This document shows positions 41,030 through 55,348 of a stretch of 64,000 nt of DNA, in pieces. The notes below the pieces were generated by a model. That model saw nothing but the letters and a program-made list of their open reading frames with translations. It did not search any database and was not told the origin of the DNA. A program made the position numbers and the translations under genes. Location of the stretch: contig NC_086097.1 in NCBI RefSeq assembly GCF_963921235.1, positions 167,712,001 to 167,776,000 of the forward strand, in the 5' to 3' direction. The stretch comes from Mobula hypostoma (taxonomy: Eukaryota). Position 1 is the first letter of the stretch; the number at the start of each line of letters is the position of its first letter.

Positions 41030-41745
41030 GGGCCCCAAATGTTCTTCCAGGTGAGGAAACACTTTACCTGCAAATGTGTTGAGGTCGTCTACTGTACCTG
41101 GTGCTCCTGATGTGGGCTCCTCTACTTTGCTGAGACCCAACTTAAATTGGGGACAACTTTGTCGAGCACCTCCACTCCATGTACAAAAAGAGGAATTTCC
41201 TAGTGGCCAACCATTTTAATTCCTATCCCCTTCCCTATCCCTACCCTTCCTGTCAGTCCATGGCCTCCTCTACTACCGCAATGAGGCCACTCAGGTTGGG
41301 GGAACACCACCTCATATTCCATCTGGGTAGCTTTCTAACTGATGGCATGAACATCGATTTCTCCAACTTCTGGTAACTTTTCTTCCTCCACCCTCCCCCC
41401 CCACATTCTCCTCTTTCTCCTCTTCTCACCTGCCTTCCACCTTCCCTTGGTGCCCCTCCTCCTTCCCTCTGTCCCACAATTCTTTTCTCCTCCCCTTTCA
41501 AATTCTTCCCGCTCTTTTCCTTTTCCACCTATCACCTCCCAGCTTCTGGGTTCATTCCCCCTCCCTCACCCACCAACCATCCCGCTCACCCAGGCTTCAC
41601 CCAACCTTTACAGTCCTGATGAAGGGTCTCAGTCCAAATCGTCGACTCTTTATTCCTTTCCATAACTGCTGTTTGACCTGCTGAATTTCTCCAGCTTTTT
41701 GTATGTTTTTCTCTGGATTTCCAGCATCTGCAGAGTCTCTTGTGT
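41030..41745 (+). mobile_element. Penelope-like element 3' remnant with pseudo-LTR
   Basis: GIY-YIG-region remnants (VANHFN, EHHLIFHLG..GMNIDF), a pyrimidine-rich 3' region and a hammerhead-like motif at 41612. Confidence 0.6.
41612..41647 (+). ncRNA. Minimal type I hammerhead ribozyme motif (GAAA box degenerate)
   Basis: AGTC-CTGATGA-A-GGG(TCTCAG)TCC-AAAT-CGTC-GACT: stem I AGUC/GACU, CUGAUGA core, stem II and a GUC cleavage triplet. Confidence 0.6.
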
Positions 41746-42697
41746 CCATAGTCAGCTGTACAGTGCAGGCATTAATCATTATAAGTCACAATAATAAAAA
41801 AAACTAGTAGTCCAAAAGTGGAATAGTGAGGTGATGTTTATGAGTTCACAGACTATTCAGAAATCTGAAAGCAAGGGGAAGAGGCAATTCCTAAAACATT
41901 GAGTCTGCATCGTCAGGCTCCTGTACCTCCTCCCTGTTGGTAGTTTAGCGAAAAGGCCATGTCCCAGATAGTGACAGTCCTTAATGATGGATGCCGCTTT
42001 CTTGAAGCACCGACCTAGGAAGATGTCTTCTAGTGGGGAAGCTTTTGTCAATGATGGAGCTCTCTGAGTCTACAGTCCTACGCATTGCCGCCTCCATACC
42101 AGAAGATGATGCAAGTAGTCGGAATCCTCTCCATCTTGCATCTGTGGGAATTTGCTAGAGTCTTTGTCATACCAAATCTCTTCAAACTCCTTATGAGATA
42201 TAGCCGCTGGCATGTTTCCGTCTTGACTGTATCACTATGGTGGGCCCAGGATAGATCCTGAGATGTTGAGACTCAGGAACTTGAAGCTGCTCACCTGTTC
42301 CACTGCTGACCTCTCAATGAGGAATGATGCATGTTCTTCCAGTTTCCCCTTCCTGAAGTCCATACTTAATCCTTTGGTCTTATTGACATTGAATGCAAGA
42401 TTGTTATTGTGACACCACTCAAACAACCAGTCTTTGGATGCAGTGGTCCTGGTCCCATGCAAGTTGGTATCACAAGGAGCCCTTCAGCCCCTTTTCTGTA
42501 AGATCGTAGATAATGAGACTGCAACATCAAATCTGTGTCCCTGCTAACCCAGAGCATCCTATCGCTGTCAGCCTAAATTGTTGCTTACACCTGGTTACTC
42601 TGGTTGTCAAGGGCCTGGTCTGCCTCCCTCAAGTCTAGATTCAAGATAACGAGGCCTCAGGAGGCCCACCCCTAGAACGCTGCTATCCGTATAGGAT

Positions 42698-42728
42698 GTC
42701 CTGATGAAGGATCGCCCGAAATGGCGAC
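42698..42728 (+). ncRNA. Minimal hammerhead ribozyme motif (cleavage triplet mutated)
   Basis: GTC-CTGATGA-AGGATCGCCC-GAAA-TGGC-GAC. Confidence 0.5.
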
Positions 42729-44588
42729 CCTTTATTCTTTTATATAGGTACTGCCAGACCTGATGAGCTCCAGCATTTTGTGTGTGTTACTCTGGATAGC
42801 TAGCATCTGCAGAATTTGTGTTTAAAATTAAAGTAAATTATTTAAAAACTTACTGTACACTTTAAACATTTAAAACATTTTATTTTGAAAGAAGCAGTCG
42901 AACGGCAGGCCCTTCAGCCCATTGAGTCTGCGTGACCATCAGCAATCCACTTGCACACCCTACATTAATCTCATTTTTAAAACATCCCCACGTTCCCATG
43001 AGCTCCCTCCAGATTCTAGCACTTACCTACACCGTAGGTGCAATTGATAGTAGCTAATTAACCCTTCATTCCCATATCTTTGGGTGTGGAAGGAAACTGA
43101 AACAGCCAGAGGAAAGCTACACACCACAGGGAAACGCAGACTGTATCTGAGGTCAGTATCATACCCAGGTTGTTGGGACTGTGAGCCAGTGGCTCTACTA
43201 GCTACACCACTATACTGTCCTGCACCTGTATATAAGCTAAATACGTCAAATTAGCAGGAACACATATATTTTGTAGATAAAAATGTTGAGGGAAAGGACT
43301 ATTTCAGATTTTGTTTTGTGCAGTAGGGAAGGGTTAACTGATGGACCTGTTGAGGCCTTCAGAGAAGAGGGATCGTAATATGGTAGAATTTTACAGTAAA
43401 TTTGAAAATGGTGCATTTCAATCCAAAACTAGTCCCTGAATCCTAAATAAAGAAAAATAGGGAGGGATGAAATGAATGTAGGCTGTTGACAGGGATTTTG
43501 TGTTTAAAGGTATGAATGTGGATTGAAAATAGCTAGCATTTAAGGAATTGATGCATAATTTGCAGGAAAAAAAATTTACTGGTCCAAAAACCAGCAGGGA
43601 AAGTGGGTCCATTTGTCGCTGATAGAAGCAGCTGAAGAAATTGCTAAATTCCATGAAGTTTATTAAAGACCCAGAAATAGAAGTTGGCAAATGAAGACCA
43701 AGAAATTGAAAAGAAAGGCAAGGCAGAGTATGAGAATAAACTAGCAATATAAAGACAGACAGTAAGCACTTTTGTAGGTATGCCTCCTAGGACAGTTCCT
43801 TAAGAGTTTTTTTTTCCCTAATCTGATGTTATGGCTTCTGAAGTGACTAATAAGGGCATTGTCAGAATCTCAGTCTCTCCAAAGGTCAGGCAACAAAATG
43901 GTTAGTACTGTATTAGTTTACTGTTGTCACACACTCTCAGATACGGTAAAAAGTTTTGTTTTATGTGCCATCCAGACACACAATTCTGTTGAGCTAGTAA
44001 AAAGAAAAACAGAATGTAGACTAGTGTTAAAGTTGTAGAGAAAGTACAGTGCAGGCAGACAAATAAAGTGGACTGAGAAAGAGCTCTTTTAGTGTATGAA
44101 AAGTCTATTCAAGACTGTGGTAGAAGCCGTCCTTGAGCCTGCTCTTACATACTCTCAAGCACTTGTATTTTCTGCCTGACCGAAAGGAAGAATAGAGAAT
44201 GACTAGGGAGGGAAGGATCTGATTTATAATTGGCTGCTTTCCTGAGGTATCAGGTGGGTGAATGGGTGCGAGACGGTGCTTATGGTGGTAGGGGTACACC
44301 GTCTCACGCCCACTCGATGGCATGCAAAACAAAGCTTCTCACTTTATCTCGGTACACGTGGCAACAGTAAAGCCAATGCATTTTCTCAAGTTTGTTAATT
44401 CGATCCTGAATGTTTCCTCTTTGGCCAGGAGTGCACAAGGACATGAGCTATAAGGAGAGGCTAGACTATTGGTCATTTGGTCTGGTACATTCGAGGCTGA
44501 GGGGAGACCTGATAGAAATTTATAGGATCATGAAAGGCTCAGACAGGATGAAGTTTCTTTTGCCCCAGGGTCAAAATGTCTAATACTA

Positions 44589-45218
44589 CATTCAATGACC
44601 ACTTTATTAGGTACACCTGCTCATTAATGCAGATATGTACTCAGCTAATTCAGCGCATTAAAGCATGCAGGCATGGTCGCAGTGGTTGCCAATCTGTTTC
44701 CATGGACCAGTGCCTGCTTAATGGCATTGGGCCATGGCATGAAGAAGGGTGGGAACCTTTGACAAGAGACTTAGTTGTTGTTCAAGCAAAAATATCAGAA
44801 TAGCAAAGAAATGTGACCTAAGGAACTTTGACCATGGAATAATTGTTGATGCCAGACAGGGTGGTTTGAGAATCTCAGAAACTGCTGATCTCCTGGGATT
44901 CAAATGCACAGCAGTCTCTAGAGCTTACAGAGAATGGTGTGAAAAATAAAAAAAAACATCCAATGAGCAGTAATTCTATGGATGAAAACTGTTCATGAGA
45001 GAGGTCTGAGGAGAATGGCCAGTCTGCTTCAAGCTGACAGGAAAGTGACATTAACTCAAGCAACCACGAGTTTCAACAGTAGTGTGCAGAAGAGCATCTC
45101 TGAACACACAACACATCGAACCTTGAAGTGGATGGGCTACAGCAGCAGAAGACCACAAACGCACATTCGGTGGCCACTTTATTTGATACAGGAAGTACCT
45201 AATAAAATGGCCACTGTG
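44589..45218 (+). mobile_element. Tc1-like non-autonomous transposon nested in a CR1 3' fragment
   Basis: TA-flanked TIRs (CATTCAATGACCACTTTATTAGGTAC / GTACCTAATAAAATGGCCACTGTG) and HTH remnants KCDLRNFDHGIIVDARQGGLRISETADLLGF and ISEHTTHRTLKWMGYSSRRP. Confidence 0.8.
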
Positions 45219-45307
45219 TAGGATACATGTGTTTAAGAGTTCAGAGGAAAAAGTCTGCAGATGCTGGAAATCAAAGTAAACACACAAAATGCTGGAGTTC
45301 TGAATGA

Positions 45308-45344
45308 AGGCCTGATGAAGGATCTCAGCCTGAAATGTTGACTG
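45308..45344 (+). ncRNA. Minimal hammerhead ribozyme motif with both core boxes intact
   Basis: CTGATGA (45312-45318), AGG..CCT stem II, GAAA (45332-45335), TGTT, GACTG. The 5' arm of stem I is mismatched. Confidence 0.55.
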
Positions 45345-48300
45345 TTTACTCTTTTCCATAGATGCTGCCAGGAGTTCCTCCAGCATTTTGTGTGTATTAG
45401 TTCAGAGGAGATGTGGGGGATTGGGGGGGGGAGTTGTACTTGTTTTAAATCAGAAAGTGGTGAGTGCCTGGAATGTGCTGTGGGGGTGGGGTGCATTGGA
45501 GGTAGATAGGGTAAGTGGTGTATAAGAAGGTCTTGGGGACATGACTATTCTGAAAATAGAGGGATATGCACCATGTGCAGGCAGAAGAGGTTAGGCATCA
45601 TTAGCTTAATTAGCTTGTCACAACTGACTCATAGAACTGTACAGGACAGGATCCTCGCTGTACTGTTGTTAATGTGCTGTACATTTCCATGAGTCAGCGA
45701 GGATCCCTCGCTTATTGAAAGAAACTCTGAGCACACCTTTAACTTCCTCTGCTTTGTAAGCTCTTCCCACGACAGGCTGGTGTAGCTGACTAAAAGCCAT
45801 GAGGACCACAGTACTGGGTATGTTGGCCAGTGAGAGGACATTAATGTTGATTCACTACCCTTCTGAATTTGGTTGATTGTTGGGGAACAACAATTATGGT
45901 ATGTTTCCAGAAGCTAGAGATACCAGTGGGAAGTGGTCCTGGTCTCAGAAGCACAATGGTATCTGTAAAGAGAAACATTGGTAGAGGTAAATACGTATCG
46001 CTTATAGGCAGAGAAATTCATAATGAGAAGTTCAAGTTCATGTTGAAGTTTATTGCCATCTGACTGTGCGTATAGAGAAAACAAACAAAACAATGTTCCC
46101 CTGAACCACAGTGCACCCACAAGACGTATCACACACAGCACATAAGACAGAATATTACCATAAATACAGTAAGTTTGTAAAATGTAATTCAAAAATGCAT
46201 GTAGCAATGCACAGCACAGGTAAAAAGTAAACAGTGCAGTAAACGGCTCGCAGTCCTGGTGCTGAGACCTGAGTAGTGGCAGGGTAATCGGTAGTCTCAC
46301 AGGCTGAGGGAAGCAGCTGTTACCCAGTCTGGCAGTCCTAGTCCTGATCCTGCTGTATCATCTGCCTGATGGTAGAGGTTGTGGGATGAGTGATAGGATC
46401 CTCAGTACTACAGGCCCTTCATTGGTAACGCTCCCAGTAAATGTCACAAATAGTAAGGAGGGAGACTCCAATGATCCTCTCAAGGTCTTCACCATCCTCA
46501 AAGCGGTGCAATGCTTTGCAGTTTCCGTACCAAGCAATGCTGCTCCTGTAGAAAGTTGCTAGGGTGGCAGAGAGACTTGCATGCCTCAGTCTCCTTAGAA
46601 AGTGTAGCCACTGTTGTGAGGCGTTTGTTGCAAGTTAATGAAGTGAACAATTTTGTGTGTTTTAAAAAGCTGGAAAAACGCGATAACCAGTTGTCTAGTG
46701 GGATAGACTGAGGGACATGATTATTAATTTAAAAAGGCTAGGGAAGATTAGTGGACAGTAAATCCCAAGGACCATCCCAGAGTTTTGAAAGAGATTGCTA
46801 GAGCGATAGTAAATATACTGGTAATCATCTTCCAAAAGTTCTGCAAATTTCAGAATCATTCCTGTGGATTGGGATAGCAAATGTGACTCCACTAATTAAG
46901 AAAGAGAGAGAAAATGGGGAGTTAGCAACCTATTGATCTAATGCACATGTGATGCTGCTGCAAATAAGTGTTTCATTGTATCCACATATGACAAACTCTA
47001 CATTCACAGTGAAGTAACTTTACTCACCTAGTTTCTTTTATTCGGGTGGATTTGTGGCTGGCAAGACCTTATTGAATGGTGTGGCTTGTGAGGCCTCTTC
47101 TGAAAGCAGGTGACAGCCTACTGGGTCTGGAGTCAGATTTAGGCCAGACAGGGTAAGGACAACAAATTTCGACTGCTGCATGACATCAGTGAGCCATTTG
47201 TGGTTTTGTTTACCTACTGCCATTACTGATCCCAGATTTAATTCCCGACAGACAGCCAATGTGGAATTTGAAGCCCTGTCTCCAATTCATTAATTCAGGG
47301 ATCTGCATTTTAAAAGTGCAGTTGCAGTCACTTTGGTCATTGTGTTTTCATTTAGATTTCTGCATCTACCACATTCTGATTTCTAATTCAAGTTTTTACA
47401 GTTATGAATAGAGGAATTAATGTTCAATAACTTAGATGGTTGCAAAACGGTCAGCACATTTTTGATCCTCAGTGGGGGAAGAATCTTGTAGGTAAACCCA
47501 GGATGGGTGTTGGACGGTGAGAGTATCTTGACAGCAATTGCACTGTAGAAACTTTCCAACAAACATTTAGGAAGATGCCTTGATCCCTAAAAATTGTAGC
47601 TGGTGTTTTACACAGGGCGTGGAGCAGTTTCTGGTACAGCATAGAACCTCTCTGTAAATAAATTCAGCAGCTCGTCACATTGATGCCTGAACATTTGTTT
47701 TCAGGATCATGTGTTTTTAATCTTTGCTTGCAAAACATTCTTGAGTGTGAACCAGTAGTTTAGTTTTTGAGACCATAGAGGACACAGTTCTCAACCTGCT
47801 AGAGCAGTGGGAGCTGAGTCACACAGGGTTTGTGTAGGACAGACCCTTCAATAAGACCTATAGCACTGGAAAATCTAGCATTTGCTACCCATCACTTTTA
47901 ATTTTAAAAATAAACTTTAATTATAAAATATCTATACAAAAAGAAAAAGGTGCAAAATTCTTTACATTCTTAGTGTTCATTTGATCAATACATTCAATAT
48001 TTTCAACCTTAGTGCCATTGGCACTCCTTTGCTACCCATTTTTATATCAAAATAAACTTTATACATAATAAAAATACTTCTAAGAATGAACAGTGCAATG
48101 TCTTTCATTCTTAAATTCATAGTCTGTGTGTTAGGAGGTGTTCTGCTACATTACTGCTGCCACTTGTGGCCCCCTGGGGTGAATACACTACAACATTCCC
48201 CGCCACTCCCTGTCCAGTAGTGGAAGAGCCCAATACAGTCATCCTCTCCTACCGAGCCCCTGCCCATTGCTACCCATCCATTACTGAACTGAATGACTCG

Positions 48301-49369
48301 TATGGTCATCTCGAAAAACGGTTGAGCAGCTGACAATCACCGCACACTAGAGTTACATTTAGATCAGGTTGGGTAAGGGTGTGAAATTTCCTTCACAAAA
48401 AGACTTTTGGGGGGGAAAAATCCTAAGTTTCCTGTCAACTGTTGATAATTTTCAGGGCTAAAGAAAGGAAGAGGGCTCAAGGTGGAGGAGGGTGTTCCAT
48501 CAGAGCCTAGCATGGAACCTGTAAACTGATTGACTCATAACTATTAAGTGATTCTGTGGTAAGACTGGATTTTGAATTGCATCAGACAAGACAGGCAGAC
48601 AGTAATACTGTGTTAACTCAAGCCTTGGATGTTGCAAATTGCATTGGTTCAATGAATATTGTTGCAGTTCTATCTTATAGTTTGGAAATGGTGCTACTAA
48701 GTTTTGCATAGTGAACTCTCGGAAAGTACAATGTGGCCATTACCGGATTTATTTCACTTTGCTCTTGGCGGAGTGACAGGGATTAATTCCCTTGCAACCA
48801 AACACAGGATTTACAATAATATTCTGCATCAATATCCAGACGGTTTGTGCTGTATGTCAATTTACACTGTACTACAAGATCCAAGACCAGTGTGTCAACA
48901 GGCTGGAAGCAGCAGTTCACACTTGCAAATGAGGTTTATTGACGCAAATATGAAACTGTCTGTGGCATTGTGTCCCTTCATGGTTGTTTAGAGTTGTATG
49001 CATGTCTTTTGAAAGTGGGTTCAATTTTATATAACCCTGTTTGGATATAGTTACATTTACACACTTGTTTGACTTTGTCCATGTGTATTTCATTACATAA
49101 CTGTGTTTCATTATATGTAAAGAGTCTTTTATGCACCTGGAATGTTTTATTCAGTCATTTAAAATTATCCCATTTTTAGTAACACTGTATTTAAAATTTT
49201 TAAGGAACTTGTATAATCTTCCTAAAGAGTGGGGGTTTGTGAAGAAACAGAAGTTTGTTGGTTTCAGGTCTCACGACATTCTTGGCCTGCTGAGGGGAGC
49301 ACTGCACAGCTGGATGAGACTTGAACCCTTTTTTACCTCCTCAAGTAGCTTGGTAAAGCAAAAGGCATG

Positions 49370-49860
49370 TAGCCACCAAAACTGTACCAACATAGTGACA
49401 AATATCTGTACATCAGTACTGTATCCTTGTGCTCTGTAGTTATAGACATATGCCCCTTATACTTTTCTCTGCGTTGTGCCGTTTTAGACAGTACATACTC
49501 GTATTATACCTCAGTGTTGTGCTATGATAATCTTTTAACCCACTGACATTGTACCCCAATGTCATACATAGAGCTGCACCCAGTAATACTTAACCACTTT
49601 CATTCAGTGAAAACGTTTGAGCGTACTAATGCTGCAACTAACTTAATACATCTGTAGTCTTTTGCCCTGTAGGGTGCTGTCCCGGTCTGGTACAAAATAG
49701 ACCTCTACACCAATACAGAAGCAAACAGTTGCACAATGATAGAACTCTACCTGCTAGTACAGTAACCAATTATTATACAGCGTCAGATTTCTATCCACCC
49801 ATAATGTACCAGTTTTACAGTGACCGACTCGTACCCACCAGTAAACTACATCTGGTGTTG
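49370..49860. repeat. Degenerate ~44-bp tandem repeat
   Basis: Recurring CCACCAGTACTGTACCCCAGTGTTATACAGTGACAGAC-like units, with cores near 49381, 49418, 49503, 49548, 49759 and 49803. Confidence 0.55.
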
Positions 49861-52800
49861 GTCCCAGAGGGAGGGGAAAAATGCTGAGCCAGTTTCAGAG
49901 TTGAATGACTGATATACCAAGAGTTCAAGTTAGCTGAAGATGTAAAATTCAATATTGCACTGGAAGGCTGCAACATACTCGGACATATGTGACGTGCTGT
50001 TCCTCAAGCTTGTGTCGGATCACACTGTGACACTGCAAGACATCACAGGCTTGTAGGAATGGGATGAGAATTAGAAATACAAACAATAGGTAGCCCAGAG
50101 TTGCCCTGCCAAACAGAACACGGACGCTCCACAATACAGTCACTCAGGCTGTGTGTGCTTTCTCCACTGTACACACGACCACTTGGTGAACACCAAATGC
50201 AGTAGAGTAGGTTGGAGGATGTTCAAGTGCTTCACCACTTCTCCTGGAATGATGGTTGGAAGGGAAGAAGTAAAAGGACAAGTGTTGCAAGAGAATGTCC
50301 TATAAGAGGTTGGGTGGTTGGCAGCAAAGGAGACCAAGGAATCGGTAAGGGAACAGTCCCTGCAAAATGCTGACGAGGAAATTATGAATGGTGGTGGAAT
50401 CTCTGTGAAGGTGGCAGAAATTGTGGAGGATGGTCTGCTGAATTCTGTTTGGCTGGAAGGTGAGGACTGGAGAAACTATATCCTTCTGTCTCAGGAGAAG
50501 CGGGTGAGAACAGAGGCATGGAAAATGGACAAGCCATTCAAGGGCTTTGTTAACATTGGTCGCGGTTCAGGAAGGAAAATATTTCAGAGGCAGCTGCATG
50601 GAAATTCTCAACAGAGCAAACACTGAGTCAGGAACTGGCAGAATGGAAGCAGGATGGGATGAGGAGCAGTTGAGATAGCTGTGGGAGTCAATAGACTTGT
50701 ACGGATGTTCATAGCTAGCCTATCTCTTGAGAAAGACAGATCCAGAAAAGTAAAGGAAGAGTCAGAGATTGACCACGTGAAGGTCTGGGTAGGTGGAAAT
50801 GGCAACTAGAGTAAATAAAATTTTGAGCTCCGTGTGAGTACAGGAGGTAGCACCAGTGCAGTCAATGATGCACTGGATTGCCTTAATTTAGGATTTTTCT
50901 CTCCTTCATATTCCTCTGTCTCAGAGCAGAGGATGTACCCAGTCTGACCTACCAGTCATATTTTCTTGCTCTGCATTTCACAGCTCCCACAGTTCTTTGG
51001 TCTGTGTTCTCACCCCCTCGCTGTTCCCATTCGCTCACTAACCAGGTAAACCTTGTTTACAGCTGATCTCCATGGTTACCCCACTTTATCCCGTCAGCAA
51101 CATCCCCCCTGCAGCTTGACAGCTTCTTTTATATCCCTTTCAGTTTTGAGACACCCTTTTCCTGAAACATTGGCTCCTTTTCTCTTTCCACAAACGGAGC
51201 CTGACTTGCTGAGTATCTCCGGCATTTTCGGTCCTTCAAGTCAGGTATGTAACACAATGCCAGAAAGGGGAACCCGTATTTTGGAAGCACTGGGTGGTGT
51301 CATCGATCACTGATTCAATTTGCACCTGTCCCTCTTCACACAAGTACATTTGTTAACTTGTTGTCCATGATAAATTAACCAACAGGGAAAAATCATTAAA
51401 CATTGGAATGATTCATGGATGGCAGTTTTACATGACATAAAGCTGTTTGCCATCTCCCTCCCACCTCCCAAATGAAACAAATCTCCAATCCATTCCGAAT
51501 TTGACTTCACAGATGGAGCTACTTGGGCAAGAGTCCCAGGTTCTCGTAATGCTGACCTGGCACTTCTGGACGGATTCACAGTTTGTCCCAAGCTCCCATC
51601 ACTTTCACCCAGTTAATTCAACCCTGCCAGATGGCCTGTGTTTCTCCACACATTCTATGGCCTTCTGATGCTTAAGGAATAAAGTATCACTTAGATTTAG
51701 GTGGTGAGAGCTCAGATAAAGATTCAGGTTCACTGGATGACGTAGACAATTCCAGTCTCTGTCCCCATCACTACTGAGACCCAACCTGCTCAGTCTCTCT
51801 CCATAACTCAGTACCTTGAGTCCCTCCAATATCCTTGTAAATCTCCTCAGCACTCTTTCCAGCTAAATGGCACCTGTCCAAAAGCAAGGTGACCAAAACT
51901 GAACCGAGCATTCCAAATGCCGGCCTCATTAATATCTTGTACAATTCAGAATCAATTACCAGGTTTATTGTCACTGACTTGTGTGATGTTTGTTGCTTTG
52001 CAGCAGAAGTACCGTATAAAGACATAAAATTACTACAGGTTACAAAAAATAATGAGTGCCCAATAAAGGAATGACATAGTAGTATTGATGGGATCATGGA
52101 CCATGCAGAAGTCTGATAGTGGAGGGGAATATGTTCTGAATCACTGAGTCTGGGTCTGCAACATATCATCCAACTTCTGTACTCAGTGCCTGACCGATGA
52201 AGCCATCATGCCAGAAATTGCCTTCACCACCTTGTCTCCGTGTGACACCACTTTCAGGGACCAGTGTACTCCTAGTTCCCCCTGTTCCACAACACTCCCC
52301 AGGGCCCTATCGTTCACTGTGAAAGTTCTACCCCTATTTGCCTTCCCAAAATGCAGCACCTCTTCTGCAGACTCTTTACAGGAAGAGCTTAATGTCTGAC
52401 CACACCTGGAGTACTGTATGCAGTTCCAACCACTGCACTATACAAATACTGTGGTTGTGCTGAAGAGGGTGCAGAGATTTACCAAGATGTTGGTTGGGAT
52501 GGAAGGTTTCAACTATGAAAAGAGAGACTGAAAGCCAGTCTTTGCTTTCCTTGGAGAGGAGAGGGGTAAAGGGGGAAAGTGACTGAGATACTCAAAATTA
52601 TGTGGGACATAAGAGTGAGAAACATTCCCTCTTCAGCAGAGATGTCTAGAACGAGAGGACAAAGATTTAATGTGAGGGGTAGGAGACTTAAAGGGATTTG
52701 AGGAAGAAGTTTTCACTCAGGGTGGTTAGAATCTGGAATGGCTTGCTTTGGAAGAGATACAGGAGCTTGAAGGCTGAACTACCAGAGTCAGAACTACTTC

Positions 52801-53194
52801 TCCCCCACTGCGGTCAGACCTCTGAACCAATCACCGTATTCAAACCTTTAATTCTACTTCTCTCAGTTATTCCATTATTGGCACTTTTTGCACCTAATGC
52901 AGTTTCCACAATTCTACTTTGCACCATTCTGATGTTTTGTTTTGTATTTATTATTACCACGTCTGCTGTTTACTCTTGAGTTTCACACAAGGAATGTCAT
53001 TGCATCCTAGAGCGTATATGGCAATAAACTAATCTGATCTGACCTGAGGTGGCGGCAGAGATTATCACAACATCTAGTAAGTATTTAGATGAGTACTTCA
53101 GATGCCATGGCATAGAATGCCGAAGCCTGAGTAATGGGATCGGTATGAATGGGTATTTGATGGCCTGCCTGGGCACTGGGTATGACGTTTTGAA

Positions 53195-55348
53195 GAAGAC
53201 AATAGACAATAGGTGGAGGAGTAGGCCATTCGGCCCTTCGAGCCAGCACCACCATTCACTGTGATCATGGCTGATCATCCACAATCAGTATCCAGTTCCT
53301 GCCTTATCCCCATAACCTTTGATTCCGCTATCTTTAAGAGCTCTATCCATCTCCTTCTTGAAAGCATCCAGAGACTTGGCCTCCACAGCCTCCTGGGGCA
53401 GAGCATTCCATACATCTACCACTCTCTGGGTGAAAAAGTTTTTCCTCAACTCCATTCTAAATGGCCTCCCCCATATTCTTAAACAGTGGCCTTTGGCTCT
53501 GCACTCACCCATCAGCGGAATCATGCTTCCTGCCTGCAGCGTGTCCAATCCCTTAATAATCTTATGTGTTTCAATAAGATCCCCTCTCAGCCCTCTAAAT
53601 TCCAGAGTATACAAGCCCAGTCTCTCCAAGCTTTCGACATATGACAGTCCCGCCATCCCGGGAATTAACCTTGTGAACCTACGCTGCACTCCCTCAATAG
53701 CAAGAATGTCCTTCCTCAAATTTGGAGACCAAAACTGCACACAGTACTCCAGGTGTGGTCTCACCAGGACCCTGTACAACTTCAGAAGGACCTCTTTGCT
53801 GTTATACTCAATTCCCCTTGTTATGAAGGCCAGCATGCCATTAGCTTTCTTCACGGCCTGCTGTACTTGCATGCTTGCTTTCAGTGACTAATGTACAAGA
53901 ACACCTAGATCTCGATGTACTTCCCCTTTTCCTAACTTGACTCCATTTAGATAATAATCTGCCTTCCTGTTCTTACCACCAAAGTGGATAACCTCACATT
54001 TATCCACATTAAACTGCATCTGCCCACTCACCCAGCCTGTCCAAGTCACCCTGCATTCTCATAACATCCTCCTCATATTTCACACTGCCACCCAGCTTTG
54101 TGTCATCGGCAAATTTGCTAATGTTACTTTTAATTCCCTCATCTAAATCATTAATATATATTGTAAACAACTGCGGTCCCAGCACTGAACCCTGCGGTAC
54201 CCCACTAGTCACCCCCTGCCATTCCGAAAGGGACCCGTTAATTGCTACTCTTTGTTTTCTGTCAGCCAGCCAATTTTCAATCCATGTCAGTACTCTGCCC
54301 CAATACCATGTGCCCTAATTTTGCCCACTAATCTCCTATGTGGGACTTTATTAAAGGCTTTCTGAAAGTCCAGGTACACTTCATCCACTGGCTCTCCCTT
54401 GTCCATTTTCATAGTTACATCCTTAAAAAATTCCAGAAGATTAGTCAAGCACGATTTCCCCTTCGTAAATCCATGCTGACTCAGACCGATCCTGTTACTT
54501 GTATCCAGGTGTGTCGTAATTTCATCTTTTATAATTGACTCCAGCATCTTTCCCACCACCAACGTCAGGCTAACCGGCCTATAATTCCCTGTTTTCTTTC
54601 TTCCTTCCTTCTTGAAGAGAGGGACAACATTAGCCGCCCTCGAATCCACAGGAACTGATCCTGAAACTATAGAACATTGGAAAATGATTACCAATGCGTC
54701 CACGATTTCTAAAACCACCTCCTTAAGTAGCTTGGGATGCAGACCATCAGGTCCCGGGGACTGATCAGCCTTCAGACCCAACAGCCTATCCAACACCATT
54801 TCCTGCCTAATATAAATTTTCTTCAGTTCATCCATTACCCTAGGTTCTTTGGCCACTATTATATCTGGGAGATTGTTTTGTGTCTTCCCTAGTGAAGACA
54901 GATCCAAAGTACCTGTTCAATTTGTCTGCCATTTCCTTGTTCCCCATAATAAATTCACCCGTTTCTGTCTTCAGGGGCCCAATTTTGGTCTTAACTATTT
55001 TTTTCCTTTTCACATGCCTAAAGAATCTTTTACTATCCTCCTTTATATTCTTGGCTAGTTTACCTTCGTACCTCATTTTTTCTCCGCATATTGCCTTTTT
55101 AGTTACCTCCTGTTGCTCTTTAAAAGTTTCCCAATCCTCCGGCTTCCCGCTCATCTTTGCTATGTTATATTTCTTCTCTTTTATTTTTATACTGTCCATT
55201 ACTTCCCTTGTCAGCCACGGCCTCCCCTTACTCCCCTTAGGATCTTTCTTCCTCTTTGGAATGAACTGATCCTGCACCTTCCGCGTTATTCCCAGAAACA
55301 CTTGCCATTGCTGTTCCACTGTCATCCCTGCTAGGGTATTGTTCCATT
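53195..55348 (-). mobile_element. Relatively young 5'-truncated CR1 LINE (ORF2 RT and 3' UTR)
   Basis: ORFs 54840-55391, 54287-54907, 54009-54212 (GVPQGSVLGP, KFADD) and 53285-53872, with a (CTATTGT)n-type tail. Confidence 0.92.
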
